Made by a program: the position numbers and the translations under genes
Shown here: positions 1 to 8,701 of the stretch, in pieces
How positions within the stretch are numbered: position 1 is the first letter of the stretch
Layout: every line of letters begins with the position of its first letter
Assembly (NCBI GenBank): GCA_032128875.1
Contig: JAVLKG010000002.1
Span: 896,001-960,000, forward strand
DNA length: 64,000 nucleotides
Source of the DNA: Candidatus Melainabacteria bacterium 17Bon1m
Lineage (GTDB): Bacteria; Cyanobacteriota; Vampirovibrionia; Obscuribacterales; Obscuribacteraceae
Direction: 5' to 3'
Notes under the pieces: generated by a model
Database searches by the model: none
The model's input: only the letters and a program-made list of their open reading frames with translations
What the model was told of the DNA's origin: nothing

Positions 1-369
1 CGCGATGAATTCTTTCGACTCTGAGATAAAGCGCTGACGTTGCGGTTTTGCCAGCCAGAGAGCCAGAATGCGACGTCTGTCGGTGCCTTTCTTGAGGGTC
101 GGAGGACGATCGCCGAGAAGGCGTTCGCGAATCATGCGGTTGCCTTCGCGATAGTAGCAATCGCCGATTTGGCAGCCAGTAACAACAACACCGTCGGCAC
201 CAGCCTTGATGGCATTTTCAATCATCAGTGGTTGAATCATGCCTGAGCAAGGGAATTTGACTACTTTCATGCCGGGCACTTCAGTGCAGCTGCCTGAATC
301 GTCAACGATGCCGCTTAAGTCGCAGGCGCGTTCGCAGATAAGTGTGATTACTTTCTTAGCATCAGACAT
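1..369 (-). CDS. MvhD/FlpD-like (methyl-viologen-reducing hydrogenase delta subunit) [2Fe-2S] protein, 3' end runs off the window
   Basis: Not in ORF track. Manual translation from ATG at 369, 5 nt after the cyt b #2 stop: MSDAKKVITLICERAC...VVKFPCSGMIQPLMIENAIKAGADGVVVTGCQIGDCYYREGN...GTDRRRILALWLAKPQRQRFISESKEFIA. Matches the MvhD pattern C...PCSG...GADGVxVxGCxxGDCxYxxGN. Confidence 0.85.
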   Translation of the reverse strand, partial: MSDAKKVITLICERACDLSGIVDDSGSCTEVPGMKVVKFPCSGMIQPLMIENAIKAGADGVVVTGCQIGDCYYREGNRMIRERLLGDRPPTLKKGTDRRRILALWLAKPQRQRFISESKEFIA

Positions 370-374
370 TGGTG

Positions 375-1553
375 TTACCCTTTCGCCTCCAGAAGAGCCT
401 TAATCTTCGCGTTCACTTCCGCATCCGGAAGATCTGGCAAATCGATTGCATCAAACGCGCAAGCGCCGACGCATACGCCGCAGCCTGAGCAGCGGAAATC
501 TTTTACTGTCGCCAACAATTTGAATCTGGAACCAGCTGGTGCAGGCACCATTTCAATCGCTTGGTACGGGCAGTCTTTGTAGCAGAGTGAGCAGCCTGTG
601 CACTTGTTAAGCACAACTTCAGCTGTTTCGATCGCTGGTTGTTTCGGAATCATCAACCACGGTGCAGCCGTGATTGCGACGGTGCCGAGAATCATCACTG
701 CCCAGTAACCCATGACCGGCATTTGGCTGAGCATGGCGTATGGGAACAAGAAGAACCAGTCGATGTCGAACGATGTCGGCTGTTGGTTGAGGTCAGCCAT
801 GCTGCCACTGCTCAACGGCCAGATGAATACGCAGACGAGCACCAATGCGGTCAAAATGTAGTTCACTGCCGGTGGTGGCGTGAGTACTGGTCTGGTCATG
901 CGCAGGTAGTGAACCCACAGACCGAAGAGCAGGAAGAATGAAAGACCGATGTGGATGAAAAGGAAGTTGGAGAGAGTCAGGTTTGTAATCTGATCTCCGT
1001 TCAAGAACCAGGTCTTGAGTCCAGGTCCAATTACCGGCAGTGCTTCGAAAGCGCTGGCAGTCATTCTTGTGAGCAAGAGCGAGCGGTCATCCCAAACCAG
1101 GTAGAAACCGGTTTGACCAATGAAGAGTACGAAGATTGCCAGAACAATACCGGAAACCCATTGGAGCCAGCGGTATTGACGGTAGCGATCTGTGAACCAT
1201 ACGCGCAGAGCGTGCAGCAAGATGGTGATAACCATCGCGTCGCCTGCATAACGGTGGATACCGCGGATGACACCACCAAAAGGAAGAGACTTGGTGATGT
1301 AATCAACTGAGGTCCAAGCGTTGGTCAGAAGCTTCGAGTTGTAAGCGTTGTCGATGGTCGGGATGTAGTATGCGAAAAGCAGCAGCCCGGAGAGGTACAG
1401 CACCCACAGGTAGTACTGGGGAAGAGCTCCGTGATAGTAGAACGGATTGTATTTACTGGTCATGAACGCGTTGATTGCGTTTTCAATGGCCAGCGTCAAA
1501 CCGTTGAAGGCTTTTAGCGGGTGATTATCGACAATCTTTTGCACTGGGGTCAT
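375..1553 (-). CDS. Cytochrome b (#2) fused to a C-terminal 2x[4Fe-4S] ferredoxin domain
   Basis: RGIHRYAGDAMVITILLH (H100/H114) and FIHIGLSFFLLFGLWVH (H201/H215) give four heme ligands. IDWF at the PEWY position. C-terminal CTGCSLCYKDCP and CSGCGVCVGACA. Confidence 0.9.
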   Translation of the reverse strand: MTPVQKIVDNHPLKAFNGLTLAIENAINAFMTSKYNPFYYHGALPQYYLWVLYLSGLLLFAYYIPTIDNAYNSKLLTNAWTSVDYITKSLPFGGVIRGIHRYAGDAMVITILLHALRVWFTDRYRQYRWLQWVSGIVLAIFVLFIGQTGFYLVWDDRSLLLTRMTASAFEALPVIGPGLKTWFLNGDQITNLTLSNFLFIHIGLSFFLLFGLWVHYLRMTRPVLTPPPAVNYILTALVLVCVFIWPLSSGSMADLNQQPTSFDIDWFFLFPYAMLSQMPVMGYWAVMILGTVAITAAPWLMIPKQPAIETAEVVLNKCTGCSLCYKDCPYQAIEMVPAPAGSRFKLLATVKDFRCSGCGVCVGACAFDAIDLPDLPDAEVNAKIKALLEAKG

Positions 1554-1589
1554 CCTCTTCTATGCGTCTTCGCTAAAACTTCTTGCTGC

Positions 1590-1973
1590 CTATTTCTTTA
1601 CCGGTAAAACTGTCTTCTCTTCAGCATCTTCTCTGCCGATAATCATGATGGCGATACCGCCAATTGTCAGAGCTACCCCCATAAAGAGAATGTAGCCATA
1701 GTCTCCGAGGCTGGCAGTCGACTTCGGATTTACCGAGACGCCTTTGCCTTGCAAATACTTCGTCAAATCTTCACCCAAACTAGGTGTGAGTGAATTGAAG
1801 AAACCAGCGATTGCGCCGTGCAGACCAATTCGTGAGGTCAGGTCGGTCAGCCAGTCAGGTGTAGTTCCGGTAAAACCTAACTCAGACCATGCCATAAGAA
1901 CACTGACGGCGACAACGGCGCCGGCGAATGCCAGGAGTATGATGCCCTTCGGTGAAAGTATGTACTTAATCAC
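1590..1973 (-). CDS. Small membrane protein in the respiratory operon
   Basis: 127 aa with N- and C-terminal hydrophobic helices; co-oriented and tightly spaced within the operon. Confidence 0.7.
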   Translation of the reverse strand: MIKYILSPKGIILLAFAGAVVAVSVLMAWSELGFTGTTPDWLTDLTSRIGLHGAIAGFFNSLTPSLGEDLTKYLQGKGVSVNPKSTASLGDYGYILFMGVALTIGGIAIMIIGREDAEEKTVLPVKK

Positions 1974-1985
1974 TATGAATTCCTT

Positions 1986-2357
1986 TTACCTGGTTCCGTT
2001 TCGTTCTGCGAGTTTTGCTTCGATTTTGTCGAACAATTTGACCTTGCGTACCAACTTCCCTGTCGACTTTTCTTCGATGTAGATCCAGTAGCCTTGGACT
2101 GCTAGAAGCAGCATGGTTAGTGTGGTACCGAAGAAGAGATAGGCACAAGGAATGAGACCCGGCTCTTTTTGAACTTCACGCCAACCCTCGAAAAACCAGG
2201 AGAGCGTGATTACAGTCAGAGTGAAAGCGAACAGCCTTAAGGGCAGTTTGACTTTCGTGGGCTTGACCAGGGCTTTGGTTTCCACAGCCACGCTAGCATC
2301 ACCGGTGGTGACGTTAGTGTTGATTGCGCGTGGGTCCTTTTTCCCGGTCAAGATCAT
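1986..2357 (-). CDS. Small two-TM membrane protein in the respiratory operon
   Basis: Start moved to ATG 2357 (MILTGKKDP) to avoid overlap with cyt b #1. Two hydrophobic segments. Confidence 0.7.
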   Translation of the reverse strand: MILTGKKDPRAINTNVTTGDASVAVETKALVKPTKVKLPLRLFAFTLTVITLSWFFEGWREVQKEPGLIPCAYLFFGTTLTMLLLAVQGYWIYIEEKSTGKLVRKVKLFDKIEAKLAERNGTR

Positions 2358-2364
2358 TCCCCGA

Positions 2365-4155
2365 TTAAGTTGATGCAGATGCCGGTTGAGCAGGTGCTGG
2401 TTTAGGAGCAGCCTGAGCACCAGACTTGAAGTTCCATACCATGTAGGCGCCTACGACTGCAAAGACAGCTCCTGCAATCATCCATGTCCAATCCCAGAAA
2501 GGAATATCTAGGGGATAGAAAACGCCTTTGGTGGTCGTTTCGATGTTCGACGCGCGATTCATTCTGTCGCAGAAAACGACATAGTCGTAAGCCCAGCGGT
2601 TGGTGACCAGATAGTCAACCATGCCCAAGTATTTGGGGTGATCCGGTGTAAATGTCGGGATCCAATTAACGACCCAGTCTACTGGTGACGTCATCTTGCA
2701 ATGTTCAAGAATCTGGTTGAATGCTGCATGAACTTCCGGACCGCCTTTGGCCACATAGTTGTCCTTGAGCCAATCTTGCCAGTCATTCTTATATGTAGAT
2801 GCGAAATACGTGGAGGTTGGTTGAACCTTTCGCATAGCTGCTTCGAGCTTGTCCGCTTCCGGAAGGAATGGACGCATCACACCGTAGAACCACTGTTGGA
2901 ACATGGGTCCGCGGAACATTTCCACTTTCGCCATGTAGTAATAGACGAATCCCCAGAATGCTTGCGAAGCACCGATGACTGCTATTACAAGCGCACCCTT
3001 CCATTGTTTTGCACGTTGGACTGCGTCTTTGTTTTGCCACATGAGCCAGAGCTGCAGACCCATACCTACGTTGACTGTGAGGTATGTGAAGGCTCTCCAA
3101 TACGGAGGATCGGTGTGGATGTTGGCGATGTTAGCGATGATGAGCAGTGAGAATACGATCCAGCTCACGAGAGCCATGATCACTACCCAGAATATGAATG
3201 GTCTCTTGTTGATGTCTTTCTCTGCGCCGGTCAGCCAGACATCCATGAATGGCAAGCCGACAACGATTAGAGGCAACACAATAGTGATTTCTGTTGCTAC
3301 GACAGGCTCCAGGTATTTGTACATTTGGTACAAGCCAAGGAAGTACCAGTCAGACAAAATCGGAAGCGGTGTGACGTCCGGATCTGACCGTTTACCTTGC
3401 GCAGCAGGAAGAACTATAGCTACAACAACCAACATCAGGGTGATGATGGTGCGCTTTGCCCAGCTAAGTGGAACGCGCTTATAAGCGTTTTTGTAGAAGT
3501 AGAGTTCTACAAAGATCAAAGGAATGAGAGAGAAAGCGAGGTGGATAGAGAAGAATCGTGTGATTGTCTCCTGCGTGATAGCCGCTCCGCCGCCCAGGAG
3601 AACTTCGGCTGTATTCCATCCCATGTGAATCGACTTTACGAGCGGCTGATAGAAGTCGCCCATGACCGGGAATTGGTCCATGTAAGTCGGGAATGTCGCG
3701 AATACCTTTGTCGCCCAAAACGCGCGCTGGTTCCAGATCAATAGATATCCAGTCAGACCGGAATACATTGATAGCAGAAGCGCTACAAGAGCGATTGCAA
3801 TGTTGAACTCTTTACCCGGTTTGTAATCGGCACAGATGAACATGCGATACATGCGCATCGTCGCCGCAATGATCATGGCGTCGGCACCGTACTTGTGCAT
3901 GCCCCGCATGAGACCGCCGAAAGGAATACCGTTCTGAATGTGGAGAATAGAATCAAATGCCTGCGCTTTCGTAGGTACGTACCACATGATGAGTACGCAG
4001 CCTGTGAACATAACGAGGAACCAGACCATGTAGAAGATTGGCCCTAGAGAATACCAAGGGTTTGTCTTCGCTTCCTCGCGGTGATGCTCATCGAATATAT
4101 CGATGTTGTTGATCCGCGTCTTTACCCAGTCTATGGTTGCATTTACCGCTGACAT
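2365..4155 (-). CDS. Cytochrome b (#1) of a Rieske/cytb complex, lacking heme bH ligands, with a long C-terminal extension
   Basis: RGMHKYG (H87), GYLLIWNQRAFWATKV, RFFSIH (H205), SDWY at the PEWY position. The second His positions are R101 and Y219. Confidence 0.9.
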   Translation of the reverse strand: MSAVNATIDWVKTRINNIDIFDEHHREEAKTNPWYSLGPIFYMVWFLVMFTGCVLIMWYVPTKAQAFDSILHIQNGIPFGGLMRGMHKYGADAMIIAATMRMYRMFICADYKPGKEFNIAIALVALLLSMYSGLTGYLLIWNQRAFWATKVFATFPTYMDQFPVMGDFYQPLVKSIHMGWNTAEVLLGGGAAITQETITRFFSIHLAFSLIPLIFVELYFYKNAYKRVPLSWAKRTIITLMLVVVAIVLPAAQGKRSDPDVTPLPILSDWYFLGLYQMYKYLEPVVATEITIVLPLIVVGLPFMDVWLTGAEKDINKRPFIFWVVIMALVSWIVFSLLIIANIANIHTDPPYWRAFTYLTVNVGMGLQLWLMWQNKDAVQRAKQWKGALVIAVIGASQAFWGFVYYYMAKVEMFRGPMFQQWFYGVMRPFLPEADKLEAAMRKVQPTSTYFASTYKNDWQDWLKDNYVAKGGPEVHAAFNQILEHCKMTSPVDWVVNWIPTFTPDHPKYLGMVDYLVTNRWAYDYVVFCDRMNRASNIETTTKGVFYPLDIPFWDWTWMIAGAVFAVVGAYMVWNFKSGAQAAPKPAPAQPASAST

Positions 4156-4172
4156 GTTATCGATTGACTCCC

Positions 4173-4736
4173 TCAGGCGATTGAACCGGCTTCCAAACCA
4201 ACGATCTTATACGCATTGCCCTCTTTCTTGAGGTCAAACTTACGCGGCGGGCGCGGCGCAGGCCCAGAAACTACTTTGCCGTTTTGGGCAATGTCGTAAA
4301 CGCTCAAGTGGCAAGGGCATGCAAAAACGGGACCTTGTGGTTTGAAGTTGTAACCCTTGGCACATTCCGAAGGGTCTTTGACAAAGTTGAACACACAACC
4401 AAGGTGCGGGCAAATGCGGCTGTAGGCGACCACATCACCGGACGGCAATTTGACAATGAATCCGGGGATTTCGCGGACTTCTTTACCTTCAGGGTTGTAC
4501 TCGACATATTTCTGCTTGAACATGAAGTCAATGCATGTCCACTCTGACGGGAAGTCCGAATCGCTGAAGGAAACGTCTTCTTCAGGTCCGGGTTGATCGG
4601 AAGGTCCAAAAACGTCCAGAGGCTTCAGCGTTGGACGCATGTACCTCAGCAACGGCGATATGACCAGACCAAACGTGGCGGCGAGCGGAATAGCTGCCAG
4701 AGTCTTCAGAATAATTCTTCTATTTGTGCCTTCCAT
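4173..4736 (-). CDS. Rieske [2Fe-2S] subunit of cytochrome bc complex
   Basis: CPHLGC and CPCHLS boxes, GPAPRP, twin-arginine leader TNRRIILK. Start set at ATG 4736. Confidence 0.92.
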   Translation of the reverse strand: MEGTNRRIILKTLAAIPLAATFGLVISPLLRYMRPTLKPLDVFGPSDQPGPEEDVSFSDSDFPSEWTCIDFMFKQKYVEYNPEGKEVREIPGFIVKLPSGDVVAYSRICPHLGCVFNFVKDPSECAKGYNFKPQGPVFACPCHLSVYDIAQNGKVVSGPAPRPPRKFDLKKEGNAYKIVGLEAGSIA

Positions 4737-4749
4737 TTTTCGAACTCCG

Positions 4750-5688
4750 TTACTTTGTCTCGCCCTGAGGCTTAGCTTCTTCGGGTTTAGCATCAGCGGG
4801 TTTGTCTTCCGCCGGCTTAGCATCTTTGGTCTTGGCGCCTTCTTTGGTGTTATCGATTGGAGCGCCTACCGTTGGCGAGCCTATATTTGCCTCGGCGATT
4901 TGTTTGTTGGTTGAGTGGAATGCACGCACGTAGGCTACGAGCTTCCAAATATAAGCCTCATCGAATTTAACTTCTTTGGCTTTGTCCTCCTTGCCGAGGA
5001 AATTGGGCATCCCTTCCCACTTTATGCCATTTGCGATGTGATCCCATAGGATATCGTCGGTTCTGTCGTAAAAACGCTTATAGTTTTGGAAGTTGGCTGG
5101 GTTGGGCTCGAGTACGTTGTACTTGTTGAGCGGACCGTCGCCATAACCCTTAGGACCGTGACAGACTGCGCAATTCGCGCCGTATACAGGGGTGACTTTG
5201 GAGTATTCCTTCGCATCCAAAAGCGGTGCTGAGAGAGAGCGAACGTAATAAACAAGGTTCCAAGTCTTCTGGCTGGAGATGTCAGCCAAGGTCGTTGGGT
5301 GCTTGACGCCGTCTTTGCCGAATGCGAGGAACATATATTGATCGATCGGCTTTTGTTTGTGACCGTACTCAGGCGAGGTGAGGTCGATTGCCGATTTGCC
5401 GCTGACGCCTTTTCCGCCCGTGCCGTGGCACTCAGCGCAAGAAAGCTTTTCATAGACTACTTTGCCGTCCGGCTCGGATGGTTTGTCATCCGGGTAAATG
5501 GCCTCTCTTCCACCCTTGGTTACGTCTTTGGAAACCAGTTGTGAATCGTCACCTTTGACGGTGACTTGATTGCCGCATCCTGTAACTAGTGTCACCGCAG
5601 GTAACACCACTAGCAAAAGTGCCAGCAAGGATGTCGACAACCCGGCGAATGTTTCAAACGTAAAAACTGGTTTTTTGGAACGTGTCAT
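4750..5688 (-). CDS. Diheme cytochrome c, probable lipoprotein
   Basis: CAECH and CAVCH heme motifs, GMP axial Met in the second domain, lipobox-like VTG-C after a hydrophobic stretch. Confidence 0.85.
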   Translation of the reverse strand: MTRSKKPVFTFETFAGLSTSLLALLLVVLPAVTLVTGCGNQVTVKGDDSQLVSKDVTKGGREAIYPDDKPSEPDGKVVYEKLSCAECHGTGGKGVSGKSAIDLTSPEYGHKQKPIDQYMFLAFGKDGVKHPTTLADISSQKTWNLVYYVRSLSAPLLDAKEYSKVTPVYGANCAVCHGPKGYGDGPLNKYNVLEPNPANFQNYKRFYDRTDDILWDHIANGIKWEGMPNFLGKEDKAKEVKFDEAYIWKLVAYVRAFHSTNKQIAEANIGSPTVGAPIDNTKEGAKTKDAKPAEDKPADAKPEEAKPQGETK

Positions 5689-5695
5689 AACTCAC

Positions 5696-5941
5696 TCAGT
5701 AACCGAAGAAAGGAATCCAGGAGAACATTGCCCAAAGAACAATGAAGAAGAAGCACACAATGAGAAACAGGGGAGGCGGACCTTCACCAATACGGTATTC
5801 AGAAACTACTTCATAATGTTCATCTGCCGAGGGCGCGGCTGCGGCAGCTTTAGCAACTGCTGCGGGTTTGGCGGCAGGTTTTTCTTCAGCAGATTTCTCC
5901 GCCTTAACCTCGTCCCCGTTGTTTTTCACTTCTTCAGCCAT
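5696..5941 (-). CDS. Small single-TM protein resembling the CcoP N-terminal anchor
   Basis: EYRIGEGPPPLFLIVCFFFIVLWAMFSW resembles the CcoP ExDNPLPxW...IxWA helix; sits between ccoS and the cyt c gene. Confidence 0.55.
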   Translation of the reverse strand: MAEEVKNNGDEVKAEKSAEEKPAAKPAAVAKAAAAAPSADEHYEVVSEYRIGEGPPPLFLIVCFFFIVLWAMFSWIPFFGY

Positions 5942-5967
5942 TTCCTACCTCTTTGTGCGCAAATTTT

Positions 5968-6216
5968 TTACTTGTTGGCCGTCGATGCACTGAGCCTGAT
6001 CCTTTCAACTGCTGCCAGCGCTTTTTGGCCAGTAGTGTTGTCGTCGCCGTCGTCAAGCATGTCGAACTTTACGTCCTCCATGTTTTCAAACTCACCGTTT
6101 TTGAAGGCCCACAAAATTGCTGCAATAGCCATTACAAAAAACAGGATGCAAATGAAGAAGGCGACGTATATTCCCGAGCTCAGACCTTGCTGGTTGAGAA
6201 TGCAATTAGGACACAT
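5968..6216 (-). CDS. ccoS: cbb3-type oxidase assembly protein CcoS
   Basis: TM helix followed by LWAFKNGEFENMEDVKFDMLDD, matching the CcoS/FixS WAxxxGQFxD pattern. Confidence 0.8.
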   Translation of the reverse strand: MCPNCILNQQGLSSGIYVAFFICILFFVMAIAAILWAFKNGEFENMEDVKFDMLDDGDDNTTGQKALAAVERIRLSASTANK

Positions 6217-7295
6217 TAGTGGCCTCCTTCTTTTGTGGACGTGCCGCTGGTTGTGGTACCAGTACTGGTGCCTTCAGGAGATGAAGGTGTTGAAGGTTGC
6301 GGCATTTTGTGTTCGGATGGGCTCATGTTGTCACCTTCCGCCTGATGTCCGTGTCCGCCGTGGTGAGGTTCGTACTGCTGGTTAGACAACTTAGGCAGAT
6401 GGATATCTTCAACTTTGTTGATCTGACCGATACTGTTGATAGTTACCTCTTGGTCTTGAGGGATCGTCTTCAAGTATGCAACCAGGTACCAGCGTTGCTC
6501 TTCGGTAAGCGTTTCGGCCCAACGCGGCATCCGCGTTCCTACAATACCTTCTGAGATTCTGTAGAACCAGAATTCGTCGGAGTATTGCTTGTAGTATGGG
6601 CGGCTGAAATTTGGCGGTTTCTTTTCTAGAGAAAGTGAATTCGGACCTTCTCCGTAGCCGTTCAAACCGTGGCAAACAGCACAGTTCTGCGTATAAATAC
6701 CTCTGCCAGCATTAGCGTTGGCACTGGCATTGGTGTCAACTGTTTTACGGTTGTGCAATGCCACACCGGCTGGTGTAGTAGTTCTGTATTCGTCAGGAGC
6801 TTCGACGAATTCTTTCACCTGGCGACCGTTGCCCAAGCACTGTACATACGCGACCAGGTCGTTCATGTCCCGCTCGGACAGGTAGCTGAAGCTAGGCATG
6901 ATCGAGCCGGGTTTGACAGCGCGTGGTTGGATCAAGTGAGCTTTCTGCCACTCTGAAGCCATGCGTCCGCCTTCATTGGTCAAGTCCGGACCGGTACGGG
7001 CAGTGCCCAATTGGTGCGGTGTTTCCCAGATGAAGTCGCCCGCTTTGACGAGTGGACCATAACCTCTGTCTTGCAGACGGGTGAATTGAGTATGGCAATA
7101 GAAGCAGCCTTCCCTTACATATATTTTCCTTCCGCGAGCTGCATCTGCGACATTGGAAGCGACTTTGGTGTAGTCGTTGCTTCTGTGCTCTTTATCCGTT
7201 GGATTGAACAGCACCATCGGCAGAAGAACCGTGGAGAAAATGATGATGAAGAAAGTGGTGACGATACCGATTGCACCTAAACGATAGCTGTGCAT
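6216..7295 (-). CDS. ccoO: cbb3-type oxidase subunit II fused to a second cytochrome c domain
   Basis: GRKIYVREGCFYCHTQ, RTGPDL, PGSIMPSF (CcoO motifs); second heme CAVCH with RMP; His-rich tail. Confidence 0.9.
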   Translation of the reverse strand: MHSYRLGAIGIVTTFFIIIFSTVLLPMVLFNPTDKEHRSNDYTKVASNVADAARGRKIYVREGCFYCHTQFTRLQDRGYGPLVKAGDFIWETPHQLGTARTGPDLTNEGGRMASEWQKAHLIQPRAVKPGSIMPSFSYLSERDMNDLVAYVQCLGNGRQVKEFVEAPDEYRTTTPAGVALHNRKTVDTNASANANAGRGIYTQNCAVCHGLNGYGEGPNSLSLEKKPPNFSRPYYKQYSDEFWFYRISEGIVGTRMPRWAETLTEEQRWYLVAYLKTIPQDQEVTINSIGQINKVEDIHLPKLSNQQYEPHHGGHGHQAEGDNMSPSEHKMPQPSTPSSPEGTSTGTTTSGTSTKEGGH

Positions 7296-8701
7296 TACGC
7301 TTTCACCTCCGCTGCCTTAGCTGCAGGTGCAACTGATGCGGCAGGTTTTGTGTAAAGCGTCTTCCAGACGTTGTACGCAAACAGAAGTTGTCCCAAGACA
7401 ATCATGATTCCACTAATGCCTCTAAAGAACCAATAAGGTCTGATCTGCAATCCCCACTGATCGACAGGCATACCCATAGCCCAGCCAGCTGATTGAATCA
7501 AACCGGCAATGGTGAGCGATGTCATCATCAGGAGGAAGCCCAGGAATTTCAGCCAGTAGTGAGCGCGGATCAAACCTTGGCTGTAAAACTCTCTTCCGGT
7601 CAATTTCGGCAACGAATAATAAATTGCCGAAGTGAGGATAAAGGAGAAGGTTCCCAGAAGAGCAAGGTGGGCATGGCCTACAACCCATTGGGTGAAGTGT
7701 AAGTACCAGTTGACCCAGCGTGTCGCCTGGAACGGACCCTGTATGCAGGTGACCAGATAGAACATGCAGGATGTCACTGCAAAACGCAGTGGCAAATCGG
7801 TGACTGCCTGCCCCCAGCGACCCTTCATTGTCATGAAGAAGTTCGTCAATACGGTGAGTACAGGAACTAAAAGGAATATCGATGAAATGATTGCAATCGC
7901 TTTGAGCCATTCCGGTACAGGCGATTGGGTGATGTGGTGAGTACCGGTCGGAGCATAGAACAGAGCGATTCCCCAGAAACCCAACATTGACAAGCCATGG
8001 CTGTAGAGTGGCGCTTGGGTCAATCTGGGAAGCAGGTAATACATCATGCCTACGCCGACTGTGGTGAACCACATGCCCAGAATGTTGTGTCCGTAGAACC
8101 AACCGACGATCGCGTCGTTGAGCCCGGGCAAGGCAACGAAAGTTCTCTGTCCGATGATCCACACTAGCGGGAACCAGAACAGAGAACCGAGGAAATACCA
8201 GAGAGTCACATACAGTTTTTTGACTCTTCTGTTGAGGATGGTCATGTAGATGTTCAGCGCTACAGACACCAGAGCGACTGCTACGAGTACGTCGAGGATC
8301 GCTCCGAGTTCCGCATATTCCCGACCTTCGGTGTTGCCATTGAGCAGAGTGCAGAAGGCGGCGACAATCACCAGGTTCCAGGCCCACATGGTCATGTTCC
8401 CGAGCCTCTCTGACCAAAGCTTGGTCTTACAGAGATTTGGAACCATGTAGAAGATGGAGCCTACATATCCCATCGATAGCCAACCTACCGCTACAGCGTT
8501 GACGTGGAACATTCGCATATGCGGAAATGCCAACTGCGGCACGTTTTTAACCAGGTCGGGCATGGAAAACTCCAACCCGCCGATCATTCCTGCCCCCATG
8601 CCCCACAGTGACCACCACAGAGCGGATAGGAAGAAATTACGACTGGCGCTGCCCTCTTTATTGCTGAAAAGCTTGTCTGCAACAGAACTCAACTTGGACA
8701 C
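7295..8701 (-). CDS. ccoN: C-family (cbb3) heme-copper oxidase subunit I
   Basis: MRMFHVNAV, WFYGHNILG, FYAPTGTHH, WVVGHAH, GREYAE; about 12 TM helices. Confidence 0.93.
   Translation of the reverse strand: MSKLSSVADKLFSNKEGSASRNFFLSALWWSLWGMGAGMIGGLEFSMPDLVKNVPQLAFPHMRMFHVNAVAVGWLSMGYVGSIFYMVPNLCKTKLWSERLGNMTMWAWNLVIVAAFCTLLNGNTEGREYAELGAILDVLVAVALVSVALNIYMTILNRRVKKLYVTLWYFLGSLFWFPLVWIIGQRTFVALPGLNDAIVGWFYGHNILGMWFTTVGVGMMYYLLPRLTQAPLYSHGLSMLGFWGIALFYAPTGTHHITQSPVPEWLKAIAIISSIFLLVPVLTVLTNFFMTMKGRWGQAVTDLPLRFAVTSCMFYLVTCIQGPFQATRWVNWYLHFTQWVVGHAHLALLGTFSFILTSAIYYSLPKLTGREFYSQGLIRAHYWLKFLGFLLMMTSLTIAGLIQSAGWAMGMPVDQWGLQIRPYWFFRGISGIMIVLGQLLFAYNVWKTLYTKPAASVAPAAKAAEVKA

Noticed and set aside
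5570-6385. 271-aa plus-strand ORF antisense to ccoO, ccoS and the small gene
   Set aside because: Antisense to well-supported operon genes; no recognisable domain.
7422-8417. 331-aa alternative-frame ORF inside ccoN
   Set aside because: Arg/His-rich shadow frame with no motifs; fully overlaps a confident gene.
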